DNA of 64,000 nt, taken from Minisyncoccota bacterium. Lineage in GTDB: Bacteria; Patescibacteriota; Minisyncoccia; Phycocordibacterales; CAJQIN01. The notes beneath the pieces were generated by a model. That model saw nothing but the letters and a program-made list of their open reading frames with translations. It made no database searches and was not told where the DNA came from. Each line of letters begins with the position of its first letter. Within the stretch, counting starts at the first letter, position 1. This document shows, piece by piece, positions 47,200 through 56,892 of this stretch. Made by a program: the position numbers and the translations under genes. The DNA lies in assembly GCA_905478465.1 (NCBI GenBank), contig CAJQIN010000002.1, positions 24,312-88,311 of the forward strand, given 5' to 3'.

Positions 47200-47607
47200 T
47201 CACATAAGCTTAAGCCATGGCAGACGATAATCAAAAGAAGAAAGACACTGAACACATTTCGAGTGTGCTCGGATACCTTCCTTATCCTGGAGGTTGGCCG
47301 GTTCCGTCATTGCCCGTGTAAATTCCAGACTCTCATGAGTAGGAATCCATGAACGAGCATTTGAACCACCCCGTTCGATATGGCAATTTTGCGGATTGAC
47401 GATGCTGAAGATGGACTGCTGAGTCCTGGCCATGCTGCTGAGACTGTCTCCTAAAATTGTAAAATTTTTCATCATCGGCGGCGCCGGACCAACGTCCGAT
47501 GCCAGCATCACTTGCTGACCTCCGAACGTATCTGCGTTCACGACTTCACTCGTGAACATCATCGCCATCAAACAGATGGCAAGCATACAAAGAACAAAAC
47601 GCTTCAT
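47200..47607 (-). CDS. small secreted Cys-containing protein
   Basis: Signal peptide MKRFVLCMLAICLMAMMFTS; promoter TTGACA-N16-TAACAT and AAAAGGAGA RBS. The + ORF 47131..47352 is judged antisense. Confidence 0.5.
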   Translation of the reverse strand: MKRFVLCMLAICLMAMMFTSEVVNADTFGGQQVMLASDVGPAPPMMKNFTILGDSLSSMARTQQSIFSIVNPQNCHIERGGSNARSWIPTHESLEFTRAMTEPANLQDKEGIRAHSKCVQCLSSFDYRLPWLKLM

Positions 47608-47757
47608 AAGAATCTCCTTTTCTTCTGACAGAAGCCTTAGTTAGCAACACGCTGTTACCAACATAAACTGATGTTAACACAAGTTAATTTTATGTCAAGT
47701 GATAATAAAAATACCCTCGGTTCCTTTTCGGTTCCGAGGGTTAAAATAAACATACTC

Positions 47758-48330
47758 TTATTTTACTAAGCGCAAACGTGGTCGCACTAAAAGCAAATAT
47801 AGCATCGGAGTATCAATTACCACGAACATAACAGGTGGTGCTACAGAAGCAAAAGTCATACTTGAAATAGCAAGAACACCAAATAAATTAGCGGTGTTGA
47901 AGATAACCCAAGATTTTGCATCTTCCTTTTCTGGACATTTCCATGCAGAAACATACATTGGCCAAGCTGCAATAAATAATGCACTCAGACTTAATGCTAT
48001 GCCCACATTTTTTGTACTAAAAAAACTACCAACGATAGCCATCAAGGAAATAGTTACACATAATTTGTCCCGGACGTCCCAACCATTTTCTCCTTTTTTT
48101 ATAGAAAGACAAAAAACAATAACAGCTCCAAGAGTTGCCCCCACAATAAGACCATTAACCTTACCTGTCAAAAACATTCCCGACAATACGATCACATCAT
48201 TGAGCGCCCAAATTAACCAAGTTACTTTCTTTGGCACTGTTTTTCCGACAACAATAGATCGGACATACGGGAAAAAAGCAAACAAAAATAGCAAACCAGC
48301 AAGGATCGAAAAAATATTATTTAATGACAC
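47758..48330 (-). CDS. polytopic membrane protein
   Basis: 190 aa, 5 TM; terminator at 47706..47746. Confidence 0.5.
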   Translation of the reverse strand: MSLNNIFSILAGLLFLFAFFPYVRSIVVGKTVPKKVTWLIWALNDVIVLSGMFLTGKVNGLIVGATLGAVIVFCLSIKKGENGWDVRDKLCVTISLMAIVGSFFSTKNVGIALSLSALFIAAWPMYVSAWKCPEKEDAKSWVIFNTANLFGVLAISSMTFASVAPPVMFVVIDTPMLYLLLVRPRLRLVK

Positions 48331-48451
48331 AGGTCACCTCCAAATATCTAGATTTTAAAGAACTTTTGTTACGGGCACACATGCCCCGACCTATTCAAAT
48401 ATATCACACAAAATACTCATTTGTCAACCATAAAAACAGGCACTCAAAACA

Positions 48452-48835
48452 CTATTCTTCTGGAGAATTTTTTTGATCAAAAGTCGATGAATCTAATTCC
48501 GGATTAGGCATCATTTTTACAAAAAGACATTCTTGAATATTCACCACCTTTTCATACGAAATTCCTAATTCCTTCGCAACATCATACAACCTCTCATCAG
48601 CATCAGGACTATTAACAATCCATGTGACATCTCGAATTTTTAATCCTTTCCCTTCTAGCAACAAACGAATAACAAGAGCGTCTCCACATCTTTCTTCAGC
48701 CTGTTCCCTTTTTTCTTTTGCCCGCGGACCAAGATAAAAAAGAAAACATGCTATAAAAAATATCAATGCACAGATAACCACACACTTACTAACCAAGCTC
48801 ACATCAAACTCCTTTATATTAAAAAAACAGAACAA
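48452..48835 (-). CDS. membrane-anchored small protein, paralogue family member 1
   Basis: N-terminal TM then LLEGKGLKIRDVTWIVNSPDADERLYD, paralogous to 49180..49533. Confidence 0.45.
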   Translation of the reverse strand: MFCFFNIKEFDVSLVSKCVVICALIFFIACFLFYLGPRAKEKREQAEERCGDALVIRLLLEGKGLKIRDVTWIVNSPDADERLYDVAKELGISYEKVVNIQECLFVKMMPNPELDSSTFDQKNSPEE

Positions 48836-48962
48836 GCGAAACTGTATCGCAATCTATTTATATTATAAATAAAAAAACCGTTACGCACATAAAAATATGT
48901 ACATAACGGTCTAAAGAAAGGATTCACACATAATCAACGGGACCCAAAGGAACGGTTGTTTT

Positions 48963-49241
48963 TTAATCTGACTCCTGACCTGGACTTTCTAGCTCTTCCT
49001 CAAGCGGAAAAACTTTTTGCTGAACAGGAGGTGAATCAGATTTTTCCAAAGCCTTTCTTCTTTCTGACAAAGCATTCAAGAATGGCATAATAACAAGAAG
49101 CCAAATAAGAGTCAGGAAGAAACAAAAAATAACCGCCTGTCTATTTTTATTACGCTCTCTAATCAGTTTTTCCAATTCATCATTCGGCATCAGAGACCTC
49201 CTTTTCTTGCGGATAAAAAACAGGAACAGGCGTCGAATCAA
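48963..49241 (-). CDS. small membrane protein
   Basis: 92 aa, one TM, basic N-terminus. Confidence 0.3.
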   Translation of the reverse strand: MIRRLFLFFIRKKRRSLMPNDELEKLIRERNKNRQAVIFCFFLTLIWLLVIMPFLNALSERRKALEKSDSPPVQQKVFPLEEELESPGQESD

Positions 49242-49533
49242 ACAAATTATCTGTATCCAACGAAACTTTTAAATTTGTTCGTAGAATATGAATAAGCTCC
49301 ACATATTCTTCAGTTGAAACCGCCGCCCGCAGACGATCGGGTCCGTGCGGACCAAACACCCACACGATATCTCTAATCGGAACTTCTTCCCCGGCAAGCA
49401 ATGCTTCAATCGTTTGCTGATCCTTGGTAGGACCATGCTCTGCAGGTTCAATAGACCCAGCTATTAAGAAAAATAAACAAATCATTAAACCTACCACAAC
49501 TCCAATCACCACTTTATTATTCATATTCATCAA
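49180..49533 (-). CDS. membrane-anchored small protein, paralogue family member 2
   Basis: TM then ALLAGEEVPIRDIVWVFGPHGPDRLRA; shares an IRD(V/I)xW core with 48452..48835. Confidence 0.45.
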   Translation of the reverse strand: MMNMNNKVVIGVVVGLMICLFFLIAGSIEPAEHGPTKDQQTIEALLAGEEVPIRDIVWVFGPHGPDRLRAAVSTEEYVELIHILRTNLKVSLDTDNLFDSTPVPVFYPQEKEVSDAE

Positions 49534-49616
49534 AACCCCTTTCTATACAAAGATCACATGCAACACATTGTTACATTTCAAACAAACAATATCTTAAAAA
49601 GAAAATATGTCAATAT

Positions 49617-50744
49617 CTACCGAAGAGCTTCAATTCCTGGAAGAGTTTCATGCGCAAGAAAATCTAACATCGCACCTCCGGCACTTGAAACAAAAGAGAA
49701 CTTTGAAAGTAGGTGAAGTTTTGAAACCACAGCAAGAGTATCCCCTCCACCAATAACAGATTCTTTACCACTCTCTGCAATACGATGTGCGCACTCATTG
49801 GTACCTTCTGCAAAACCTACTTCATAGTTTCCAAGAGGACCATTCCAAAGAATAAAAGATGCTTTATTAATATGCATTTGCAAATCTACAAGTGTCTCTG
49901 GGCCAACATCCATCACAATATCTCCTTTTTCTATTTCAGACGGAAGTCTAACTTCCACTTCCCCCTCCTCAGTTTTCACCACCACATCACTAGGCAAAAA
50001 AAGATGATTATTCTCCAACATACCAGCAACATCAAAATCTTCACCTTCATCAACAAGAGAATCACCCACTTCTAAATCCTGCGCTTTATAAAAATTATTC
50101 ATAAGTGCTCCACCCACCATGACAGTATCGGCTTTCGAAAGAAACTTTTTCAAAAGAGGAAGTTTTGTAGAAAACTTGGCACCACCTAGTATAAAAAGAA
50201 ATGGATGTTTTGGAGAAAGGGCATGTGACAACTCTTCCACCTCTCGAGCAAATGATATTCCCGCATAATGAGGTAGATATTCTGGAATACCAACAATAGA
50301 CGCATGAGATCGATGAGATGATGCAAAAGCTTCATTCATGTACACATCTCCAAAAGAAGCTAGATGTTTTGAAAACTCTCTATCATTCCCTTTCTCCCCT
50401 TCCCACTGCCTAAGATTCTCAAACAAAACAACATCTCCATTTTTCATTTCATTAACTACTTCCCGAGCACTATCTGAAAATATATCTTTTATAAAAAGAA
50501 CAGGAAAATACAAATGTAGATAATTTACAACAGGAAGAAGTGTCCCCCCCAAACCTTCAAAATGACTCATCAAAATAACTTTAGCTCCTTTATGTCTAAG
50601 CTCTTTTATCGTTGGTAAAACTTTCTGAATACGAAAATCATCACCAATAATTCCACCTGATAAAACTGGGACATTAAAATCAACACGAACAATAATCTTT
50701 TTCCCTGCGATATCTCCGATATCGTTGATTGTTTTAAAATTCAT
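49617..50744 (-). CDS. pgk: phosphoglycerate kinase
   Basis: 'KKIIVRVDFNVPV', 375 aa. Confidence 0.9.
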   Translation of the reverse strand: MNFKTINDIGDIAGKKIIVRVDFNVPVLSGGIIGDDFRIQKVLPTIKELRHKGAKVILMSHFEGLGGTLLPVVNYLHLYFPVLFIKDIFSDSAREVVNEMKNGDVVLFENLRQWEGEKGNDREFSKHLASFGDVYMNEAFASSHRSHASIVGIPEYLPHYAGISFAREVEELSHALSPKHPFLFILGGAKFSTKLPLLKKFLSKADTVMVGGALMNNFYKAQDLEVGDSLVDEGEDFDVAGMLENNHLFLPSDVVVKTEEGEVEVRLPSEIEKGDIVMDVGPETLVDLQMHINKASFILWNGPLGNYEVGFAEGTNECAHRIAESGKESVIGGGDTLAVVSKLHLLSKFSFVSSAGGAMLDFLAHETLPGIEALR

Positions 50745-51505
50745 TATGCTTTGTTTACAATACTAATTATTTTTCCAAATTCTTTCGCATCTAAACTGGC
50801 ACGCCCCACAAGAAAACCTTGCACCTCCCCTTCTGAAAAGATATCTTTTGCATTGTTACCTGTTACAGAACCCCCGTATAAAACAGGAACAGAAAAAGCC
50901 GTTCGTTGATTATATAAATCTGAAAGCACTTTACGTATATATAATGTCATCTCGTGCAAGTCCCTTCCTGTAATAGCTTCTTCTCCTGTTTTTCCAATAG
51001 CCCAAACGGGTTCATATGCAATAACTATCTTTTTCACATTTGCTTGTGACACATCCTTTAGGGCATCTTTGATTTCATTTTTTATAACAGACAAATACTC
51101 ACCTTCCATATCTCGCTCGGCCTCACCAATACAAAGTATCGGAATGAGTTTTTCTTTTAGCACTAAAGATATTTTCTTTTGTACGTCTTCTGATGTCTCA
51201 CCTTTTGCTCGACGTTCTGAATGGCCAAGGATAATGTGCGAGACTCCAGCATCTTTCAGCATAGACAAACTTGTCTCTCCAGTATGCGAACCATCTTTTT
51301 CACAAAAAACATTTTGGGCACCATATGAAATAGGCTTATGACCAACAGATGAAAGTGTTATCAAATGCAAAAAAGAAGGACAGACAATTACCTGTGTTTT
51401 TCTGTTTTTTGATGCAACAGTTTTTATACCCCCAGCAATACGCTTCGCCTCACGAAGTGTTTGAGGATTCATTTTCCAATTAGCAATAACTAATTTTGTA
51501 TTCAT
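50744..51505 (-). CDS. tpiA: triosephosphate isomerase
   Basis: 'VIANWKMN', 'YEPVWAIGTG'. Confidence 0.9.
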   Translation of the reverse strand: MNTKLVIANWKMNPQTLREAKRIAGGIKTVASKNRKTQVIVCPSFLHLITLSSVGHKPISYGAQNVFCEKDGSHTGETSLSMLKDAGVSHIILGHSERRAKGETSEDVQKKISLVLKEKLIPILCIGEAERDMEGEYLSVIKNEIKDALKDVSQANVKKIVIAYEPVWAIGKTGEEAITGRDLHEMTLYIRKVLSDLYNQRTAFSVPVLYGGSVTGNNAKDIFSEGEVQGFLVGRASLDAKEFGKIISIVNKA

Positions 51506-51530
51506 AATAAAATTATAGCACGCAGAAAAA

Positions 51531-52955
51531 TTATTTTACCTCTTGCCACTTCAATATTTCGTACTGATCACTAGTCAAAGGAAAACTTGGTGGAGGGCTG
51601 TACAAAAGATTGGCGTCATAGTTTAAATTACGAACTTGATATCCTGTATTATCAGTATAAGAAAATCCATATCGTATATTTGTAGCTATCATGCCATTCA
51701 AAGTCAATGTCGAACGAACATAATTTGAACCACATGACGAACTGTAATAATGTCTTCCCACGCGTCCATTTTGGGCAATAAGGGCACCATCTATCTGCAA
51801 ATCATTTTCACTATATAATCCAACATTTATATTATTCTGCGCGATAAGAGCAATTACATCATTACCATCATAATCGGTATACAATAAATCATTATTAACT
51901 GTAATATTTCGACGAGTTGACTGTGAATCTGGAAATCTTCCTGCAGCAATAGTTACACGTGACCCATCTATCTGACCATCTACCCACACATGATCTTCAA
52001 AAAAAATAATACCGTTATCAGGAATAGGATAGTTACCTATATATCTCTCACTCCTTATACTCCATGTCCCCCAGCCATCTTGAGCTGAATAGGTACAATA
52101 ATAAGAAGCCCACTCAGTACTTCTGACCGTACGCACATCAAAAGTATTATTTGTTTTGAGTGTTATGTGATACCCAGATCTTCCTGAAGATGAAAAATAT
52201 TTTCCATCTGAAATAGCATCTGCCTTCATTTGTGCAAGATCTGTTGTCAATCCAACAAAATCCACCGCCGGCAACGGAAACTGCCTACCCACTTCAAAAA
52301 CGTCAGTCCTGTCTGGAACATCTGCTGGAGGCAAAGGATCTGTCGGATATACGTGAGTATGAACACCAAATTCATTTCCTCCTGCATGATCAGGATCATC
52401 ATACTTCTCAAGCGCACTTGAAATAACATTATGAGCCAAACCATCAAAACGCACTCCTCCGTTTACATGTATTGGTCCATATACTTCTGTCCCTTCACCA
52501 AAACGCATAGCGTCATTTGCCACAACGGCATATTTTGCAAAAGATGGAATTGCCATAGTCACTTGAATAGTACGCGAAATACTGTCATCAGATACAGATG
52601 TACCTGTTGATTTAATAACTACCACGGTAGAACCACTAGGTGGCGGAGTGATCTCAAGGATAAACTCACCAAGCTTCACACCATTTTCATCATTAAAATC
52701 ATGTACATACGGACCATCTACACCTGTTCCATCCTGAAAATCTGTTGGGGCGTGCGCTAGGTGCCATCTATAGTAGTCGATACCCGCTTCGGCAATCTGT
52801 ATAGACCGCTCCAAATATACAGAACGTTTGGCTGATTTTATTGCCACAGCAGATGCATTTACCAAAGCTGTCACCAGAACCACTGCAATACTTCCATATA
52901 CAATAGTTTGTATGAGAATGGTTCCTTTCTGTTTTGTCTGTGAAAATATATTCAT
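51531..52955 (-). CDS. minor pilin/pseudopilin-like protein (no Glu at +5)
   Basis: N-terminal 'KQKG/TILIQT' prepilin-like hydrophobic helix; 474 aa. Confidence 0.5.
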   Translation of the reverse strand: MNIFSQTKQKGTILIQTIVYGSIAVVLVTALVNASAVAIKSAKRSVYLERSIQIAEAGIDYYRWHLAHAPTDFQDGTGVDGPYVHDFNDENGVKLGEFILEITPPPSGSTVVVIKSTGTSVSDDSISRTIQVTMAIPSFAKYAVVANDAMRFGEGTEVYGPIHVNGGVRFDGLAHNVISSALEKYDDPDHAGGNEFGVHTHVYPTDPLPPADVPDRTDVFEVGRQFPLPAVDFVGLTTDLAQMKADAISDGKYFSSSGRSGYHITLKTNNTFDVRTVRSTEWASYYCTYSAQDGWGTWSIRSERYIGNYPIPDNGIIFFEDHVWVDGQIDGSRVTIAAGRFPDSQSTRRNITVNNDLLYTDYDGNDVIALIAQNNINVGLYSENDLQIDGALIAQNGRVGRHYYSSSCGSNYVRSTLTLNGMIATNIRYGFSYTDNTGYQVRNLNYDANLLYSPPPSFPLTSDQYEILKWQEVK

Positions 52956-52956
52956 A

Positions 52957-53571
52957 TTACAAGTTATCTTTTAGATTACGCATCATAGCTTCAGTTGTAA
53001 TTACCATTGCACCAGGTCCTGTACTTACATTATTATCTACCTCTAAGATTATTTGAACTAAACGTATATCACTAATGTTCACCGGAAATGTAAGAGCTGT
53101 TGTGGACGAAACTCCATTATAATTTTCATCATAGAATGTAAAAATATTTGTATTACGCACATCCTCAAGTAGCGTTACTATCTCCTCATCTTCATCGGAG
53201 TACACATGGTACGCCCCTTCTGGAACAATAATTCCTCTCTTGAAAAGAGTTCCTTCCAAAAAATATCTAATTTTTTCTTTTAACCCATCACCATCGGCAT
53301 CACTGAAAAATGTAAAAGTACTTTCATTTGCCACAGCAACAGGGTACGCCCCCGAACTTGATGACTCAGCGCTTCGTATCTCTGATGCTGTATTTTTTAA
53401 CATTCTCTCTGCTTGAAATTGTGCAGACAAATTACTCTGAAAACCAAAACCAAGATTAAAAATATCCGCTTGGAATGTCGCCATCACTATAGTGAACATG
53501 GAAATAATAGAAACGACAATAATCAATTCTATAAGAGTTATTCCTTTATTATATTGTTTATTATTCATCAA
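52957..53571 (-). CDS. type IV pilin/pseudopilin
   Basis: Class III signal 'NKG/ITLIEL' with Glu at +5. Confidence 0.6.
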   Translation of the reverse strand: MMNNKQYNKGITLIELIIVVSIISMFTIVMATFQADIFNLGFGFQSNLSAQFQAERMLKNTASEIRSAESSSSGAYPVAVANESTFTFFSDADGDGLKEKIRYFLEGTLFKRGIIVPEGAYHVYSDEDEEIVTLLEDVRNTNIFTFYDENYNGVSSTTALTFPVNISDIRLVQIILEVDNNVSTGPGAMVITTEAMMRNLKDNL

Positions 53572-55375
53572 GATTTAAAATGATTTCACGTTGCTGCCAA
53601 GAACTTCCCACGGTCACAGATTCACTTTGTGTTTGGTATCCAGAAGCTTCAATATCTAAAATATAATCACCCTGATCCAGCCCATCAAATATAGCTTGCC
53701 CTGGAGGCACGCAATCTGTTGTAAATGTAAAAGAAATATCTGAAACATTAGGTGTCACCGTATCATCTTCTGTACTCAGAATTACTTTGTATCGAACATA
53801 CCTATCTCCATTATGAATAGGATTAATATCTGTTTCTGCCAAACTATAATATGTAGTTGTAGCACCATCCGGTCCTCTGAAAACCCAATCAACAGTTGAG
53901 GTAGCATTACTCGTGGCAATTTGTAGCCGAACACTCTCTGCCCCAGTACCCACTGATTGGTCTTGTGGCGCCCAATTTAACTTTCCAAAATTACTTGTTT
54001 CTCCTGTATCAAAAATAGACGAAACAAGTTCTCCGTCAGCCACATAACTTCCAAAGACATTTTGCAATTTCAAATCTCCACTTGGAGAAGTTGTATCTAT
54101 ATCTCCATCTGATGAAAAATATTCATCCTCCTGCTCAAATTCTATCTGCCCAGATCCACCAGACCAGTCTGTTTGATTTAAATACCCACGACCAGTTGTC
54201 TCAACAAGAGCAGAACCTGAAGACGGGGTTAATGTCACTGTTGCACCTGAGAGTGGCTGCAATGTGGCATTATCCCGCACAGTCACCAAAAGTGCCGAGG
54301 GATTATACGAACCTAGAACAAGCATAACGTCATAGTCGGTCCCAGGTGATACATCTAGAAGTGTCGCAGGACTTGAACCCTCAAGTTGATATGCCAGGTC
54401 TGTCACATCCAAACTATATGTATCCCACTCTGCCCCCCAAACATCCAACTCCCCCAAAGAATTAGTTACTTTATTCGCAGTATATTTTGTCTGATCTGGA
54501 TTTATACCAATGAGCTTTGTTCCCTTTAAGGAAAAATCAACGGATGAAACAGGATCACAACTACGATTAACGGTAGCAAAATGTAAGTCACTTGTTTGGT
54601 CGATGATAAAAGTTACCTGTGTAACCTGCTGCAGAATGACAGTAACATCTGGATGGAGAGGAGTTGAGGGACTAAGATCATCTAATGCATATGTTTGTGA
54701 CGCTGAGTACCCAGACTTTGTAACATGTACAGAATAACCTTGCACATCTGGAGGAACATCTACCAATTGAAGCATTCCGTTATTATCTGTTGTTTCATCA
54801 AATGTAATTACAGGATCAAGATTTGTATTTGATATATGAACATCAGCATCAACGATAGGTTGTCCATTTGCATCTATAACCTGAATAAACAGAGCACCAT
54901 TATCTGAAGCTGTTTCTAAATTCTTTGGACCCACACGTGTAGTGAAATGAAGTGGAGAAAAACTCTTGCACCCTGGACATCCGATAAGGATATCTACCAA
55001 TTTTGAATCAGCAGGAGAAAGGTCATTTGGACTACCGCCAATTGTTCCATCAAAAGGATCGTCAATATTTCGAATAGTAGTAGTTGCATAGAATGTCGCA
55101 TTATTACGCACAAACTCTTGTGCTCGTGGAAGTGTTCCTGTCGGAATACCACCCTCTATACCAACATCTGCATAAGGCATATTGCGAATGATTTCAAACA
55201 TTTCATTTGAAAGAGCCGAAGCGGTTACTTTATCTTTTGAAATACTTATCAGCTCATACAAATTCACATAGGCTGTGTATGTAATGGTTGAGATAATAAG
55301 AAACAAAGCAACACCAATAACAGTTTCAACAAGGGTAAGTCCAGATTTTTTTGAAGATGAGAAAGAATGCATCAT
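53561..55375 (-). CDS. giant prepilin-like protein (604 aa)
   Basis: 'KKSG/LTLVETVIGVALF' prepilin cleavage/methylation motif, then a large Thr/Ser/Gly-rich extracellular region. Confidence 0.6.
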   Translation of the reverse strand: MMHSFSSSKKSGLTLVETVIGVALFLIISTITYTAYVNLYELISISKDKVTASALSNEMFEIIRNMPYADVGIEGGIPTGTLPRAQEFVRNNATFYATTTIRNIDDPFDGTIGGSPNDLSPADSKLVDILIGCPGCKSFSPLHFTTRVGPKNLETASDNGALFIQVIDANGQPIVDADVHISNTNLDPVITFDETTDNNGMLQLVDVPPDVQGYSVHVTKSGYSASQTYALDDLSPSTPLHPDVTVILQQVTQVTFIIDQTSDLHFATVNRSCDPVSSVDFSLKGTKLIGINPDQTKYTANKVTNSLGELDVWGAEWDTYSLDVTDLAYQLEGSSPATLLDVSPGTDYDVMLVLGSYNPSALLVTVRDNATLQPLSGATVTLTPSSGSALVETTGRGYLNQTDWSGGSGQIEFEQEDEYFSSDGDIDTTSPSGDLKLQNVFGSYVADGELVSSIFDTGETSNFGKLNWAPQDQSVGTGAESVRLQIATSNATSTVDWVFRGPDGATTTYYSLAETDINPIHNGDRYVRYKVILSTEDDTVTPNVSDISFTFTTDCVPPGQAIFDGLDQGDYILDIEASGYQTQSESVTVGSSWQQREIILNLDE

Positions 55376-55665
55376 AAGTACATCTATTATGACAGAAGAA
55401 GGGCTAAGTTAGAAATCTTTTTTATAAAAAAAGAACTCACTAGTAGTAACTAGTGAGTTCTTGAACTTTAACAAACCCTTAACCTGTACAAAAAATTGAA
55501 ATCAAAACGCCAGCCATGATTACACACACAGCTACCAACATACAGATGACATCTTTCTTGAAAATATCAACTTGTTTGCGAGACTTAAGACTTTCCATAA
55601 AAAACTCCTCTAATCTTGAGTACTGATCCATAAAAAATATACAATCTTTTCCAAAAAAAGCAAGT

Positions 55666-56889
55666 CTATATAGCATCCACCAAAGAATACGTAGGTGTCA
55701 GCATTGAAATAGCAAAGAATCCAACCGCAACACCAATGAAGGCCATAAGCAGAGGTTCAATAAGAGTCGATAAGTTTTTAGTTCTCTCCTGTACATCATT
55801 TTCATAAAAATCAGCAACATTTCCAAACATTTGCGCAAGGTTTCCTGTCTCCTCTCCAACACTTGCCATCTCTCCAACAAAAATAGGATAAAGTTTTTCA
55901 TAAGAAAGAAGTACTTTTGAAATCGGCTCACCTTTCTGAACTTTCTCCTCCGCTTCTTCAAGAACTTTTCTGTAATATGAATTTTGTACAACATCGCGTG
56001 TAATACGAATTGCCTCTACATACTCAACACCAGAAGAAAGAAGTGACGAAAGTGTTCTAGCTGTTCGCGCCGAGTTAATCTCTTTTGTAATCGGAGAGAA
56101 AAGTGGAACTTTCAACAAAACAAACTCTATAGATTTTTTCCCCCACTTTGTCTTTAACGCATACGCACCAGAACCAAATACCCCAACCAATACACCCAAG
56201 GTAAGTATCGTATGAAAGCGAAGAAAATCACTAATTGCAATAACAAATTGCGTTGAAAGAGGTAACTCAACCCCAAGATCTTTGAAGGTAGATGTTAGAG
56301 TAGGAACTACAAAATAAAGCATCAAAATTCCAAGAACTCCAATCAAACTAATAATCACGGCAGGATAAATCATGGCCCCTTTTATCTTCTTTTTAATCAA
56401 ATATGTACGCTCTAATTGTGAAGCAACGGCATCTAATGATTCAGACAAGTTTCCACTTCCCTCACCTGAAGCAACCATTGAAACAAAAAGGTTAGGAAAG
56501 ACTTTCGGATAATCCTGCAAAGATTGATGAAAGGAATTACCTTTACTAATACTTGTCTGCATATCAGCAAGTATTTTTTTAAAAAATTTATTTTTTGTTT
56601 GTCTCTCAAGAACAGACAAAGCTCTTGTCAAAGAAAGTCCTGAACGAATCATGAGTCCCAAGTTACGTGCAAAAAGAATTTTGTCGTGCTCTTTTACCGT
56701 ACCTAGAAAAACATCAATTTTACTCACAATAGATTTAAATCCTTTAGATTTTCGAACAACTTCTATAAAAATAACTTGTTCTCCAGACTCTTCAATCTTT
56801 GCCTTTACCACAAATTTATCCTTGGCCTCCATTTTTGCCTCATACGACTCTCCATTACTTTTCAATGCTTTATATTTAAATAGTGACAT
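55666..56889 (-). CDS. pilC: type IV pilus / T2SS platform protein PilC/GspF family
   Basis: 407 aa, two GspF repeats, 3 TM. Confidence 0.8.
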   Translation of the reverse strand: MSLFKYKALKSNGESYEAKMEAKDKFVVKAKIEESGEQVIFIEVVRKSKGFKSIVSKIDVFLGTVKEHDKILFARNLGLMIRSGLSLTRALSVLERQTKNKFFKKILADMQTSISKGNSFHQSLQDYPKVFPNLFVSMVASGEGSGNLSESLDAVASQLERTYLIKKKIKGAMIYPAVIISLIGVLGILMLYFVVPTLTSTFKDLGVELPLSTQFVIAISDFLRFHTILTLGVLVGVFGSGAYALKTKWGKKSIEFVLLKVPLFSPITKEINSARTARTLSSLLSSGVEYVEAIRITRDVVQNSYYRKVLEEAEEKVQKGEPISKVLLSYEKLYPIFVGEMASVGEETGNLAQMFGNVADFYENDVQERTKNLSTLIEPLLMAFIGVAVGFFAISMLTPTYSLVDAI

Positions 56890-56892
56890 ATA

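Noticed and set aside
47131-47352. Plus-strand ORF 47131..47352
   Set aside because: Overlaps the better-supported minus-strand secreted protein gene 47200..47607, which has promoter, RBS and signal peptide.
55479-55676. 65-aa ORF between pilC and the large prepilin
   Set aside because: Overlaps the pilC start; a shorter 39-aa TM version is possible but unsupported, so it is not called.
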